A program made the position numbers and the translations under genes. The notes below the pieces were generated by a model. That model saw only the letters and a program-made list of their open reading frames with translations. It was not told where the DNA came from and searched no databases. This document shows positions 9,448-18,625 of a stretch of DNA of 58,367 nt, piece after piece. The DNA is from Anaerolineae bacterium (GTDB taxonomy: Bacteria; Chloroflexota; Anaerolineae; CG2-30-64-16). The stretch covers positions 1 through 58,367 of the forward strand of contig DAOTZS010000208.1 of the NCBI GenBank assembly GCA_034434335.1, written 5' to 3'. The stretch's first letter is position 1. Every line of letters begins with the position of its first letter.

Positions 9448-10470
9448 ATGAACCATAGGGTTACAGTTGGGCTTATTGGTGCAGGGCGTATCGGTCGGGT
9501 GCACGCCGAAAACCTGGCGCGGCGTATCCCGCAAGCCAATCTGGTAGCTATTGCTGATGTGGTGCCGCAGGCAGCTCAAAAGCTGGCCTCTGAACTGGGC
9601 GTAGGTGCCGCTTACGACGACTATCGGCGCATCCTGGATGACAGGAGGATTGAAGCGGTGCTTATCTGCTCCAGTACTGATACCCACGCGCGCTTCATCG
9701 AGGAGGCAGCCAGCGCCGGTAAGCACATCTTCTGTGAGAAGCCGATCGCCCTCGACCTGGGCCAGATTGATCGCGCCCTGGCGGCCGTTGAACGGGCAGG
9801 GGTCAAGTTGCAGATCGGCTTCAATCGCCGGTTTGACCCCAGTTTCAGGCACGTCCGCGAACTGGTAGCCTCAGGCGCGATCGGTACACCCCATATCCTG
9901 CGTATCACCAGCCGGGACCCCTCCCCCCCACCGATCCCCTACGTCAGGGTTTCCGGGGGCATCTTCCTCGATATGACCATCCACGATTTCGACATGGCAC
10001 GGTATCAGATGGGCTGCGAAGCAGAGGAGGTGTACGCCACCGGCGGTGTGCTGATTGATCCGGCAATCGGGGAGGCTGGTGATATTGACACGGCCGTGAT
10101 CACCTTGCGCTTTACATCTGGGGCTATCGGAGTGATTGATAACAGCCGCAGGGCGGTTTACGGTTATGATCAGCGGTTGGAGGTCTTTGGCTCGGCCGGC
10201 GTCGCGATGGCTGGTAACAAGTTCCCCGATACGACTACCTGGACTGACGCCTCAGGTGTGCACAGGACTCTGCCGCTGAACTTCTTCATGGATCGCTACC
10301 CAGAATCCTTCCTGGCGGAGATGCAGGCGTTCATTCGCTGCATCAGTGAGGATGAAGCACCTCCGGTGACCGGTAGAGACGGCCGTATCCCTGTTGTCAT
10401 GGGGCTGGCGGCCTGGAAGTCGTATCGGGAAAAGCGCCCGGTGAAGCTCAGTGAGATAGCTGCAATATGA
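9448..10470 (+). CDS. iolG: Inositol 2-dehydrogenase (Gfo/Idh/MocA family)
   Basis: 'GLIGAGRIGRVHAENL', 'EKP' and 'GFNRRFDP' are characteristic of IolG-type enzymes. Confidence 0.8.
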   Translation: MNHRVTVGLIGAGRIGRVHAENLARRIPQANLVAIADVVPQAAQKLASELGVGAAYDDYRRILDDRRIEAVLICSSTDTHARFIEEAASAGKHIFCEKPIALDLGQIDRALAAVERAGVKLQIGFNRRFDPSFRHVRELVASGAIGTPHILRITSRDPSPPPIPYVRVSGGIFLDMTIHDFDMARYQMGCEAEEVYATGGVLIDPAIGEAGDIDTAVITLRFTSGAIGVIDNSRRAVYGYDQRLEVFGSAGVAMAGNKFPDTTTWTDASGVHRTLPLNFFMDRYPESFLAEMQAFIRCISEDEAPPVTGRDGRIPVVMGLAAWKSYREKRPVKLSEIAAI

Positions 10471-10533
10471 CCATAAGGGATTGGGGCTCTTGAGCTCAAT
10501 TCCGGATCATCTCTTGTCTATAGGAGAAGTTCT

Positions 10534-11673
10534 ATGTCTAGCAAATCTGTGTCCAAGCAGCCTGTTCCCGCAGGTCTGCTGCCAACCAACCTGCCCGACC
10601 TGTTTTTTGAGGACAACAGTGTAGGGCGCCTGAAGAAACAGATCTGGGAGGCCAGCGACGAGGAGATTGATGCCATTCTGGCTGAGTATGGCATCCCATC
10701 CCCGGTCGAATGGGGCAAGCCAGGCTCCTATATCCAGACCACGGTGCGCTGGCAGGTCGAAGAGAATCGCAAGAAGAACGATATCGTCTTCATACCTGTT
10801 GGCTGCACCGAGTTGCATGGCCGCCACCTGCCCAGCGCGTCCGATACCCTCTATGTCAGCCAGATCTGCGAGGGGGTGCGGCGCTATACTGCCAAGCGCG
10901 GGGCAGCGGTAAACCTGGCCCTGCCGCCACTCATGTATGGCGCGCATCCCTATCACCATGTCGGCATGCCCGGGACGATCATCGTGCGCGAACACGTCGT
11001 CCGGGAGATGATGATTGATGTCATGCTGGGCCTGTGGAACGACGGTTTCCGCAAGCAGCTTATTGTCAACAACCACGGCCAGCTTTGGGTGCTGGAGTCT
11101 GCTGTCCAGGAGTTTCAGAAACGTTATCAGCTCCCCGGCATCTTCCGGGTAGTTGACTGGCATCGTGCCGTGCGTGAGTTCTTCCGGGCCACCGATCGGG
11201 GCGGGGTGTTGGACACCAACTTCGTGCATGCGGACGAATCGGAAACCTCTTTGGGGTTGCTGCTCCACCCTGACATGGTAGACATGCGCTATGCGGTGGA
11301 TACTGAAGGGAAGTCTTACCTGCCCGACGGCCACTTTGATAAATCTGTAGATCCCTTTGGCCGGCCGAGCCGGTGGTCTGAAGGGGAAGGGCACTTTGCC
11401 ATCGAGATCGCTGCCACCCCTGAGGGGGTGGTGGGAAAGGCAACTCACGGTTCCGCGCAGAAGGTCAAGCGGGCCGTGGCGGCGATCCTCAAATACCTGA
11501 CGCTGTGGAATGACCAGGTCCTCGAAGCGTTCCCGCCTGGCACGGTGCCACCCGTTGAGGAGGTCACGCTACGCACCGCGGCCGAGATGGAGCCTTTCTT
11601 GCGTGAGCCCCTGTCGCCGGGATGGCGGCCAGTGTATGCGCTTCCGCGGATTGGCCAGGGGACCGAAGTTTGA
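10534..11673 (+). CDS. Creatininase-family hydrolase, IolN-like (candidate 3-dehydro-scyllo-inosose hydrolase)
   Basis: Creatininase-family motifs 'FIPVGCTELHGRHLP' and 'HADESETS'. It is longer than classical creatininases. Confidence 0.7.
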   Translation: MSSKSVSKQPVPAGLLPTNLPDLFFEDNSVGRLKKQIWEASDEEIDAILAEYGIPSPVEWGKPGSYIQTTVRWQVEENRKKNDIVFIPVGCTELHGRHLPSASDTLYVSQICEGVRRYTAKRGAAVNLALPPLMYGAHPYHHVGMPGTIIVREHVVREMMIDVMLGLWNDGFRKQLIVNNHGQLWVLESAVQEFQKRYQLPGIFRVVDWHRAVREFFRATDRGGVLDTNFVHADESETSLGLLLHPDMVDMRYAVDTEGKSYLPDGHFDKSVDPFGRPSRWSEGEGHFAIEIAATPEGVVGKATHGSAQKVKRAVAAILKYLTLWNDQVLEAFPPGTVPPVEEVTLRTAAEMEPFLREPLSPGWRPVYALPRIGQGTEV

Positions 11674-11681
11674 GTTCAGAG

Positions 11682-11716
11682 ATGGCGGCCGCATCTGCTT
11701 AGGATGCGGCCGCCAT
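11682..11716 (+). terminator. Stem-loop with T-rich tail (attenuator/terminator-like) inside the iol-like gene row
   Basis: ATGGCGGCCGCATC (11682-11695), loop TGCTTAG, then GATGCGGCCGCCAT (11703-11716), followed by TTTGCTTTG. Confidence 0.5.
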
Positions 11717-11745
11717 TTGCTTTGAGTGCAGAGGGAGTGGCTTCC

Positions 11746-12762
11746 ATGAACGAAGTTCGCGTTGCTGTTGTAGGAGCAGGGCGGATTGGCATTGTGCATG
11801 CGGAAAACCTGGCCAGGCGTGTAGTCGGTGCCCGCCTGGTTGCTGTAACGACTTCGCAGCCCGCGCGGGCCTCCGCGGTGTTGCGACGGTGCGGCGAGGT
11901 AGCTGTATACCCAACTCTAGAGGCGCTCCTGGATGCGCGGTGCGCTGATGCAGTGGTCATTGCCAGCAGCACCTCCGCGCATACGGCCAACATCGTCGCC
12001 TGCGCCGGAGCTGGGCTGCATATCTTCTGCGAGAAGCCATTGGCCCTTGACCTGGCAGACTGCGATCAGGCCATCGCCGCCGCCAGGCAGGCGGGCGTGA
12101 TCTTGATGGTCGGCCATGTGCGACAGTTTGACGCCGGCTACGTGGCCGCCAAACAGCTCATCACGGCAGGGCAGATCGGTCGGCCAATTGTATATCGTGC
12201 CATCGCCGGCGACCAGGACCCGCCACCTCCATCATTTGCTGACCCCAATGTCAGCGGTGGACTGATTACCGATGCCGGTTACCATGACCTTTACCTGGCG
12301 CCCTGGCTGATGGGGGACGAGATTGTGCGCACCTACGCCGAGGGTGCTGCGCTGGTGGATCCTGCCATTGGCGCGGTGGGAGATGTGGACAATGTGGTGG
12401 TGGATTTCCGCTTCAAAGGGGGTGGGCTGGGTACACTGTTTGTCAGCCGGACGACCCGCTACGGGCATGATGTGCGGGTAGAGGTGGTAGGGGAAGAAGG
12501 CGCGGTGCATGTGGGGTATTTGCGCCGGACACCGCTCTACTTGCTGACGCGCAAAGGGGTTACTCACGATGTAGTGCCCGACACAGCAACCCGCTATGCC
12601 GATGCATTTGTTGCCGAGTTGCAGGCCTTTGTGGAGTGCATACAGCGGGGCGCACCGCCCCCTGTCAGTGGTGAGGACAGCCGGACAACTTTGGCTGTGG
12701 GGCTGGCTGCCACGCGTGCTCTGCGGCAGGGGCGTCCTGTCATGGTGGCCGAGGTTTGCTGA
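11746..12762 (+). CDS. Gfo/Idh/MocA family oxidoreductase (second inositol-dehydrogenase-like enzyme)
   Basis: 'VAVVGAGRIGIVHAENL' and 'CEKP'. ATG at 11746 follows GAGGGAG. The track start at 11704 lies within the stem-loop. Confidence 0.85.
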   Translation: MNEVRVAVVGAGRIGIVHAENLARRVVGARLVAVTTSQPARASAVLRRCGEVAVYPTLEALLDARCADAVVIASSTSAHTANIVACAGAGLHIFCEKPLALDLADCDQAIAAARQAGVILMVGHVRQFDAGYVAAKQLITAGQIGRPIVYRAIAGDQDPPPPSFADPNVSGGLITDAGYHDLYLAPWLMGDEIVRTYAEGAALVDPAIGAVGDVDNVVVDFRFKGGGLGTLFVSRTTRYGHDVRVEVVGEEGAVHVGYLRRTPLYLLTRKGVTHDVVPDTATRYADAFVAELQAFVECIQRGAPPPVSGEDSRTTLAVGLAATRALRQGRPVMVAEVC

Positions 12763-12786
12763 GGCCCCTCTGGAGAGGTGCTGCCA

Positions 12787-13599
12787 ATGAAATTTAGCGT
12801 TGTGCTTTCTACCCAGCCGGCAAGCTTTGCCGCAGCGACCTTCAAGGGCGATTTCGCGCGCAATGTGGCTCGTATTGCTGCGATGGGCTACGACGGCGTG
12901 GAACTGGCGATCCGGGACCCCCTCCTGGTGGATGGCGATGAACTGGAGAGGGTTGTGGCCGGCCATGGGCTGAGGGTGCCCGCCATTGGCACTGGTCAGG
13001 CCTGGGGTGAGGAGGGGTTGTCGTTCAGCGACCCACATCCCGAGGTGCGCAACGCGGCGATTGCGCGTGTCAAGGCGCACGTTCCATTGGCTGCCCGCTT
13101 CGGTGCGGTGATCATCATTGGGCTGCTGCGCGGGGTGGTCAAGCCCGGAGTCTCTCACCTCCAGGCCATGAGCTGGCTGACGGCTGCTCTGGAGGAATGT
13201 TGCGCGGAGGCGCTGAAGGAGAATGTACGCCTGGCCTTAGAGCCCATCAATCGCTACGAGACCACCTTGATTAACGATGTTGCGCAGGGCCTGGCGTTGC
13301 TCGAGCGCGTAGGTGCCCCCAACCTGGGTCTACTGCTGGACACCTTCCATATGAACATCGAGGAGCCCTCTATCGAAAACAGCATACGCCAGGCTGGCCA
13401 ACACATCTTCCACTTCCATGTGGCCGATTCTAATCGCTGGTACCCCGGAGCCGGCCATCTGGACTTTGCCAGCATTCTGGCTGCACTGTCTGAGACCGGC
13501 TATGCTGGCTTTGTCTCCGGTGAGTTCCTGCCTCAACCAGATGCTGAGACAGCTGCCCAGCAGGCTCTTGCACACCTGCGAGGCCTGCCTATTAGTTGA
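12787..13599 (+). CDS. Xylose-isomerase-like TIM-barrel sugar isomerase/epimerase, IolO-like (candidate 5-keto-L-gluconate epimerase)
   Basis: 'GYDGVELA', 'LALEPINRYET', 'LLDTFHMNIEE' and 'HFHVADSNR'. The function comes from context. Confidence 0.7.
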   Translation: MKFSVVLSTQPASFAAATFKGDFARNVARIAAMGYDGVELAIRDPLLVDGDELERVVAGHGLRVPAIGTGQAWGEEGLSFSDPHPEVRNAAIARVKAHVPLAARFGAVIIIGLLRGVVKPGVSHLQAMSWLTAALEECCAEALKENVRLALEPINRYETTLINDVAQGLALLERVGAPNLGLLLDTFHMNIEEPSIENSIRQAGQHIFHFHVADSNRWYPGAGHLDFASILAALSETGYAGFVSGEFLPQPDAETAAQQALAHLRGLPIS

Positions 13600-13625
13600 T
13601 CCCCTATGAAATGAAAGGAGCCGCC

Positions 13626-14645
13626 ATGGACATCATCTGCCTCGGTGAACTCCTGGTGGACATGTTCCCGGCTGAGGTGGGGCGTAGGCTGACCGAAGTG
13701 TCGGCCTTTCATCCCAAGCCGGGAGGCGCGCCAGCCAACGCCGCTGTAGCGGCTGCCCGGTTAGGCGCGCGCAGCGCGTTCATCGGTAAAGTGGGCGACG
13801 AGGCCTTTGGCCATCACCTGGTCAGTGTGCTGGCTGAGAACGGGGTAGATGTGCGAGGGGTCCGTTTTGACCCTGAAGCGCGGACCACTATGGCTTTCAT
13901 CGCCATGCCCGATGAAAACACATCTGAGTTCGTTTTCTACCGCAATCCCGGTGCGGATACCCGCTTACGGGTGGAGGAATTGGACCGGGAGCTTCTGCAG
14001 AGCGCGCGCGTGCTGCACTTCGGCTCGCTCAGCCTTTCAGAGGAGCCGATACGCAGCGCGGCCTGGGAAGCGCTGCGCATCGCGCGTGCTGCTGGCGCGT
14101 TGATCTCCTTCGACGTAAACTACCGCCCTACCCTCTGGAAAAGCCCATCAGCGGCGCTGGAGCAGATACGCGGTATGATCCCCCATGCCGACCTGGTAAA
14201 GGTGAACGAGGTCGAACTGGCACTGTTGGTCGGAGGCCGGGCTGACGACTTCCGCCGCGTGGACTTGGCCCAGCTTGATGCGGCGGCTGGCACGCTAGTG
14301 CGGCAAGGGCCGCAGCTCTGTGTGGTTACTCTGGGTCCAAAGGGTAGCTATTTCTGCACAGCTGGCGGCCTCAGTGGGCACGTGCCAGCCTTTCGAGTCA
14401 CCACTGTGGATGCCACTGGCTGTGGTGACGCCTTCGTTGCCGGGCTGTTGTGGCAACTGGTGCAGGGCGTGGGCTGGCAGGAGCAGCTTACAGCCCCCAG
14501 ATTGCACCAGATTCTGCGCTATGCCAACGCCGTAGGAGCCCTCACAGCCCAGAAACAAGGGGTGATCCCGGCGCTGCCCACCGCTGCAGAGGTCGAGGCC
14601 TTTCTGGCCCAGGCGGCGCCAGACTTGACGAGAAAAGCACCTTGA
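13626..14645 (+). CDS. PfkB-family carbohydrate kinase (fructokinase/KDG-kinase-like)
   Basis: 'GGAPANAAVAAARLG' and 'DATGCGDAFVAGLL'. ATG at 13626 follows AAAGGAG. Confidence 0.85.
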   Translation: MDIICLGELLVDMFPAEVGRRLTEVSAFHPKPGGAPANAAVAAARLGARSAFIGKVGDEAFGHHLVSVLAENGVDVRGVRFDPEARTTMAFIAMPDENTSEFVFYRNPGADTRLRVEELDRELLQSARVLHFGSLSLSEEPIRSAAWEALRIARAAGALISFDVNYRPTLWKSPSAALEQIRGMIPHADLVKVNEVELALLVGGRADDFRRVDLAQLDAAAGTLVRQGPQLCVVTLGPKGSYFCTAGGLSGHVPAFRVTTVDATGCGDAFVAGLLWQLVQGVGWQEQLTAPRLHQILRYANAVGALTAQKQGVIPALPTAAEVEAFLAQAAPDLTRKAP

Positions 14646-14918
14646 GTATACTCAAGACGCAGAGGAACCTGACGTCTGGGGTTCGTTCCTGCTCTTCTTC
14701 TCAATTTGTCCGGAATCTCAACAGCGTCCTCGGGGCGCCCTTTTGGTTAAGGCCCACTTGTAGCCTGAAAAGCGGACAAGCGACCAGGAGGCATCCCTTT
14801 GCTTACTTCCTTGGGGCTATGCTCGCTGCCGTGGTGGTTATCTCTCTGCGGTTGGCTCGGGCTAGCAGATCCGTTCAGTACGGCTTCATGTAGAAGGAGG
14901 TGATAGGGTACAAAGCCG

Positions 14919-15079
14919 GTAGCTATTCAGGCCGATTGAAATCGCCCCTCCTGGGCACTTCGTGCCGGGTGTCGGCCTCCGCCGACACCTCATGTATGCA
15001 TCATGAGAGAGGTCGGCGAAGGCCGACCACTGGCCGCAGGCCCAAAAAGGGTGACTTCCAGTCACCGCTGAATAGTTAC
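14919..15079 (+). mobile_element. MITE-like element, short (~161 bp) variant, copy 2
   Basis: GTAGCTATTCAGG ... GCTGAATAGTTAC. It is flanked by the perfect 8-bp direct repeat CAAAGCCG (14911-14918 and 15080-15087). Confidence 0.85.
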
Positions 15080-15160
15080 CAAAGCCGAAATCCCGTCTAT
15101 ACCCGGTTTTTGCCTCGCTAAGTGCTCGCAGACATCCATTCATTCCAAAGGAGGAATACC

Positions 15161-16555
15161 ATGTTCAAGAGCAGAATTCTGGCCCTGACAATGATCGTAG
15201 CTCTGGTTCTTGTAGCATGCGCGCCAGCCCAGATCCCGGCGCCAGCTCCTGCCCCCGCCGCAACCCAACCTCCCGCTCCAGAGAAGCCGGCCGCCAAACC
15301 GGCCGTCCAGGAACTGAAGATCTTCTGGGCCCAGTGGGATCCAGCCGACTATTTGCAGCAGATCGGCAACATGTATGAGAAGGAGACCGGTATCAAGGTT
15401 ACGGTGATCCAAGAGCCTTGGGGCTCCTTCGGCGACCGCTTTTTCACCGAGATGGCGGCCAAAGGCGATGCCTGGGATATGGTGGTAGGAGATAGCCAGT
15501 GGCTGGGCCAGGGTGCTACCCAAGGCCACTATGTTGAACTCACCGACTTCCTGGTTGGTGAGGGGATTGCCAACACGGTAACCGAGGCCACCCTCACTTA
15601 CTATGGTGAATATCCTACTGGCTCTGGCCACTACTGGGCCTATCCCACCGAGGGCGATGCAGTGGGTTGGGCGTATCGCAAGGACCTGTTCGAAGACCCC
15701 AACGAGCAGGCTGCCTTCAAGGAGAAGTACGGGTATGACCTGGGCGTGCCGCAGACCTATGATCAGCTCTACGACATCGCCAACTTCTTTACCCGGCCTG
15801 ACAAAGGCCTCTACGGTGTGGCAATCTATACTCAGAAGGACTACGATGCCATCACCATGGGGGTCGAGAACACCTTCTTCTCGTATGGCGCCCGCTGGCA
15901 GAACCCGGAGACCAACGAGGTGATCGGATGGACCAACTCCGACAAAGCCGTTGAGGGCCTGGAGCTTTACAAGAAGCTCTACGACTGCTGCCAGGTCCCT
16001 GGGCTGACCAACGCCTTCTTCAATGAAACCAATGAGGCGTTGATCAACGGTCAGGCCGCCATGATCATGAACTACTTTGCCTTCTTCCCTGCCCTGGCCA
16101 ACCCGGCGGCTAACCCCTTCGCCGAGGTCACCGGCTTCTTCTCCAGCCCGGTGGGCCCTTATGGCGATCGCCATGCGGCACTCGGTGGCCAGGGGATGAG
16201 CATTATCTCCTACATCAGCCCCGAGCGCCAGGAGGCAGCCAAAGACTTCATCCGCTGGTTTGCCAAGGATGAGATCCAGGCCAAGTGGGCTGAGCTGGGC
16301 GGCTTCACCTGCAACAAGAAGGTACTGGAGTCTGACGTCTTCAAGAAGGCGACGCCGTTCAACCCCGCCTTTGCCGAGACGATGACCTTCGTGATGGACT
16401 TCTGGAACATCCCGGTCTACAGCCAGCTCCTCGAAATCACGCAACGTGAACTGCATAAGTTCGTGGTTGGCAACGAGGGGACGGCCAAGGAGACTCTGGA
16501 TCGTATTGCGGAGCAGCACGACAAGATCCTGCGCGAGAACGGCTTCATCAAGTAG
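15161..16555 (+). CDS. CUT1 ABC transporter extracellular solute-binding lipoprotein
   Basis: ATG at 15161 follows GGAGG. Lipobox 'LVLVAC', a Pro/Ala tether, then a family-1 SBP sequence. Confidence 0.9.
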   Translation: MFKSRILALTMIVALVLVACAPAQIPAPAPAPAATQPPAPEKPAAKPAVQELKIFWAQWDPADYLQQIGNMYEKETGIKVTVIQEPWGSFGDRFFTEMAAKGDAWDMVVGDSQWLGQGATQGHYVELTDFLVGEGIANTVTEATLTYYGEYPTGSGHYWAYPTEGDAVGWAYRKDLFEDPNEQAAFKEKYGYDLGVPQTYDQLYDIANFFTRPDKGLYGVAIYTQKDYDAITMGVENTFFSYGARWQNPETNEVIGWTNSDKAVEGLELYKKLYDCCQVPGLTNAFFNETNEALINGQAAMIMNYFAFFPALANPAANPFAEVTGFFSSPVGPYGDRHAALGGQGMSIISYISPERQEAAKDFIRWFAKDEIQAKWAELGGFTCNKKVLESDVFKKATPFNPAFAETMTFVMDFWNIPVYSQLLEITQRELHKFVVGNEGTAKETLDRIAEQHDKILRENGFIK

Positions 16556-16579
16556 TTGCCGCCGCGCCCGGTAGACCAC

Positions 16580-16614
16580 GGCAGGGGAGATGGCAAAGGT
16601 CCGTCTCCCCTGCC
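16580..16614 (+). other. Intercistronic 11-bp stem-loop between the SBP and permease genes
   Basis: GGCAGGGGAGA (16580-16590) pairs with TCTCCCCTGCC (16604-16614). Imperfect outer pairing of GGTAGACC with GGTCTATACC extends the structure. Confidence 0.55.
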
Positions 16615-16647
16615 TCGGTCTATACCAATGGCAGGAGAAAGTCTTGC

Positions 16648-17568
16648 ATGAAGTCAGACAATCCTGGCGGGCGCACCAGGCCACGTCGCTGGCAACTGAG
16701 TGACTCTGCGATTGTGCGCCTGTTTATTTTCCCCACCCTGGCGCTATTGATCGCCATGAACCTTTTCCCTCTCTTCTGGAGCCTCTACCTCAGCTTTACT
16801 GACTATTCGGCGATCGCCCCTCAGCCGCCAGTTTGGGTTGGTTTCAAGAACTACCGCGAGATTCTGCATGACAGGCAATTATGGATCTACTTTGCTACGA
16901 CGGGCCGTTATGCAGTGCTGGCGGTAGGGTTGGAGACCCTCGTGGGATTCGGCATGGCCATGCTGTTGCGCCAGCGCTTCAAGGGCAGTGGGCTAATTAC
17001 CACCCTTATTTTGATCCCCATGATGCTTTCCCCGGCTGTGGTGGGGATGTTCTGGAAGCTGATCTACAATCCCACCTTTGGGATTTTCAACTACCTGATA
17101 GGTTTCAGCCAGCCGGCCAGTGGTCCTGTCTGGTTGGGGAGCCCCAAGCTGGCCCTCTGGGCTGTGGTGATCGCTGACGTCTGGATGTGGAGCCCCTTCG
17201 TCATGTTGCTCTGCCTTTCCGGGCTGAACGCCATCCCCCAGTATCTCTATGAGGCGGCGGCAATAGACCGGGCAAGCTCCTGGCGCCAGTTCTGGCGGAT
17301 TACCCTGCCACAAGTGGCACCCCTGCTTCTGATCGCTATCCTCTTTCGCACCATTGAGGCCATCAAAGCTTTCGACATGGTCTTCCCTATGACTGGAGGT
17401 GGGCCGGGGGACGCAACAGAGCTGATAGCCGTTAACCTCTATCGTCAGGCCTTCCTTGGGCAGTGGCGTACAGGCCGTTCCAGCGCCCTGGCCTATATCA
17501 TCCTGATTATTGTCATCGCTGTCAGCAACATCTATATCAGGCTGCTCAACCGGCTGAGGAGGGAGTGA
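16648..17568 (+). CDS. CUT1 ABC transporter permease (MalF/UgpA-like)
   Basis: Six-TM permease with an EAA-loop region 'EAAAIDRASSWRQFWRITLP'. Confidence 0.9.
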   Translation: MKSDNPGGRTRPRRWQLSDSAIVRLFIFPTLALLIAMNLFPLFWSLYLSFTDYSAIAPQPPVWVGFKNYREILHDRQLWIYFATTGRYAVLAVGLETLVGFGMAMLLRQRFKGSGLITTLILIPMMLSPAVVGMFWKLIYNPTFGIFNYLIGFSQPASGPVWLGSPKLALWAVVIADVWMWSPFVMLLCLSGLNAIPQYLYEAAAIDRASSWRQFWRITLPQVAPLLLIAILFRTIEAIKAFDMVFPMTGGGPGDATELIAVNLYRQAFLGQWRTGRSSALAYIILIIVIAVSNIYIRLLNRLRRE

Positions 17569-17571
17569 TCC

Positions 17572-18612
17572 ATGGGCGGCGTGAAAGCGACCGGTATCTT
17601 CTTTAGGGGTACCACCACATCAATTCGTGTGGACAAGACGGGTATACGGGCACGCATAGGTGTGGCTGTGCGCGCTGTCCTGGCCGTAGCGATCGCCGTG
17701 ATCGTGCTCATACCGGTGGTCTGGATGGGGCTGACAGCTTTCAAGAAACACGCCGATGCCGTAGCTGTGCCACCCAAGGTCTTCTTTACCCCCCGCTTGC
17801 TGGACAGTTGGGTCTTCCTGTTCACAGATCGCCTGGTATTGTCTAAGCCCATGTTGGCGCAGTACCCTCCCGAGTGCACTCAATCATGGCAGGTGTGCCT
17901 GAAGAGCTGTCCCGAGGTGAGCCGCTGGTATGAATGTGTGGCATTGGAGAACGGCCAGTTAGTCACCGGCCCCAGCAAGTATCTGGAGCGCCTGCGCAAT
18001 TCCCTGATCATTGCGGGGTGCTCGACATTTCTGGCTGTTCTGCTGGGGCTTCTGGCCGGTTACGCTTTCAGCCGCTTTGAAATACCGGGCAAAGATGATC
18101 TGTTGTTCTTTATTCTCAGTACACGCATGCTCCCGGCTGTTGTGGTAACAATCCCCATCTTCCTCATGTACCGACGGCTGGGCCTGCACGACACCCATTT
18201 TGGGATGATCCTGCTTTACACTGTGTTCAACCTATCCTTGTCCGTCTGGCTGTTCCGAGGCTTTATTGATGAAATCCCCCGGGAGTATGAGGAAGCGGCG
18301 TTGGTGGATGGGTATACACGGCTGGAAGCATTCCGTAAAATCGTGCTTCCCAATGCGATGACCGGCATTGCCGCCACGACCGTCTTTTGTCTGATCTTCG
18401 CCTGGAACGAGTATGCCTTCGCGCTGATGCTCACCTCCGAGAAGGCGCGTACGCTGCCGCCGTTTATTCCTTCCATGATTGGCCGGGGTGTGGTGGAGTG
18501 GGAGGCCATCGCGGCCGGCTCCCTTGTGTTCCTGATCCCTGTTGTGATCGTGACCTTCGCGCTGCGGCAGTACTTGCTGCGTGGTGTCACCTTCGGCGCG
18601 ATACGCCAGTAA
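17572..18612 (+). CDS. CUT1 ABC transporter permease (MalG/UgpE-like) with an enlarged Cys-containing first external loop
   Basis: EAA loop 'EAALVDGYTRLEAFRKIVLP'. The extra loop segment is 'CTQSWQVCLKSCPEVSRWYEC'. Confidence 0.85.
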   Translation: MGGVKATGIFFRGTTTSIRVDKTGIRARIGVAVRAVLAVAIAVIVLIPVVWMGLTAFKKHADAVAVPPKVFFTPRLLDSWVFLFTDRLVLSKPMLAQYPPECTQSWQVCLKSCPEVSRWYECVALENGQLVTGPSKYLERLRNSLIIAGCSTFLAVLLGLLAGYAFSRFEIPGKDDLLFFILSTRMLPAVVVTIPIFLMYRRLGLHDTHFGMILLYTVFNLSLSVWLFRGFIDEIPREYEEAALVDGYTRLEAFRKIVLPNAMTGIAATTVFCLIFAWNEYAFALMLTSEKARTLPPFIPSMIGRGVVEWEAIAAGSLVFLIPVVIVTFALRQYLLRGVTFGAIRQ

Positions 18613-18625
18613 TGAGTTAGGCAGT

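Noticed and set aside
10507-13158. 313-aa (10507..11448) and 308-aa (12232..13158) minus-strand ORFs inside the iol-like gene row
   Set aside because: They are antisense to genes with clear family motifs. They have no RBS and no recognisable domains.
15140-16684. 514-aa minus-strand ORF antisense to the CUT1 solute-binding protein gene
   Set aside because: It is a shadow frame of a high-GC gene. The product is Arg/Gly/Leu/Pro-rich with no recognisable motif. The plus-strand frame has an RBS, a lipoprotein signal and clear SBP similarity.
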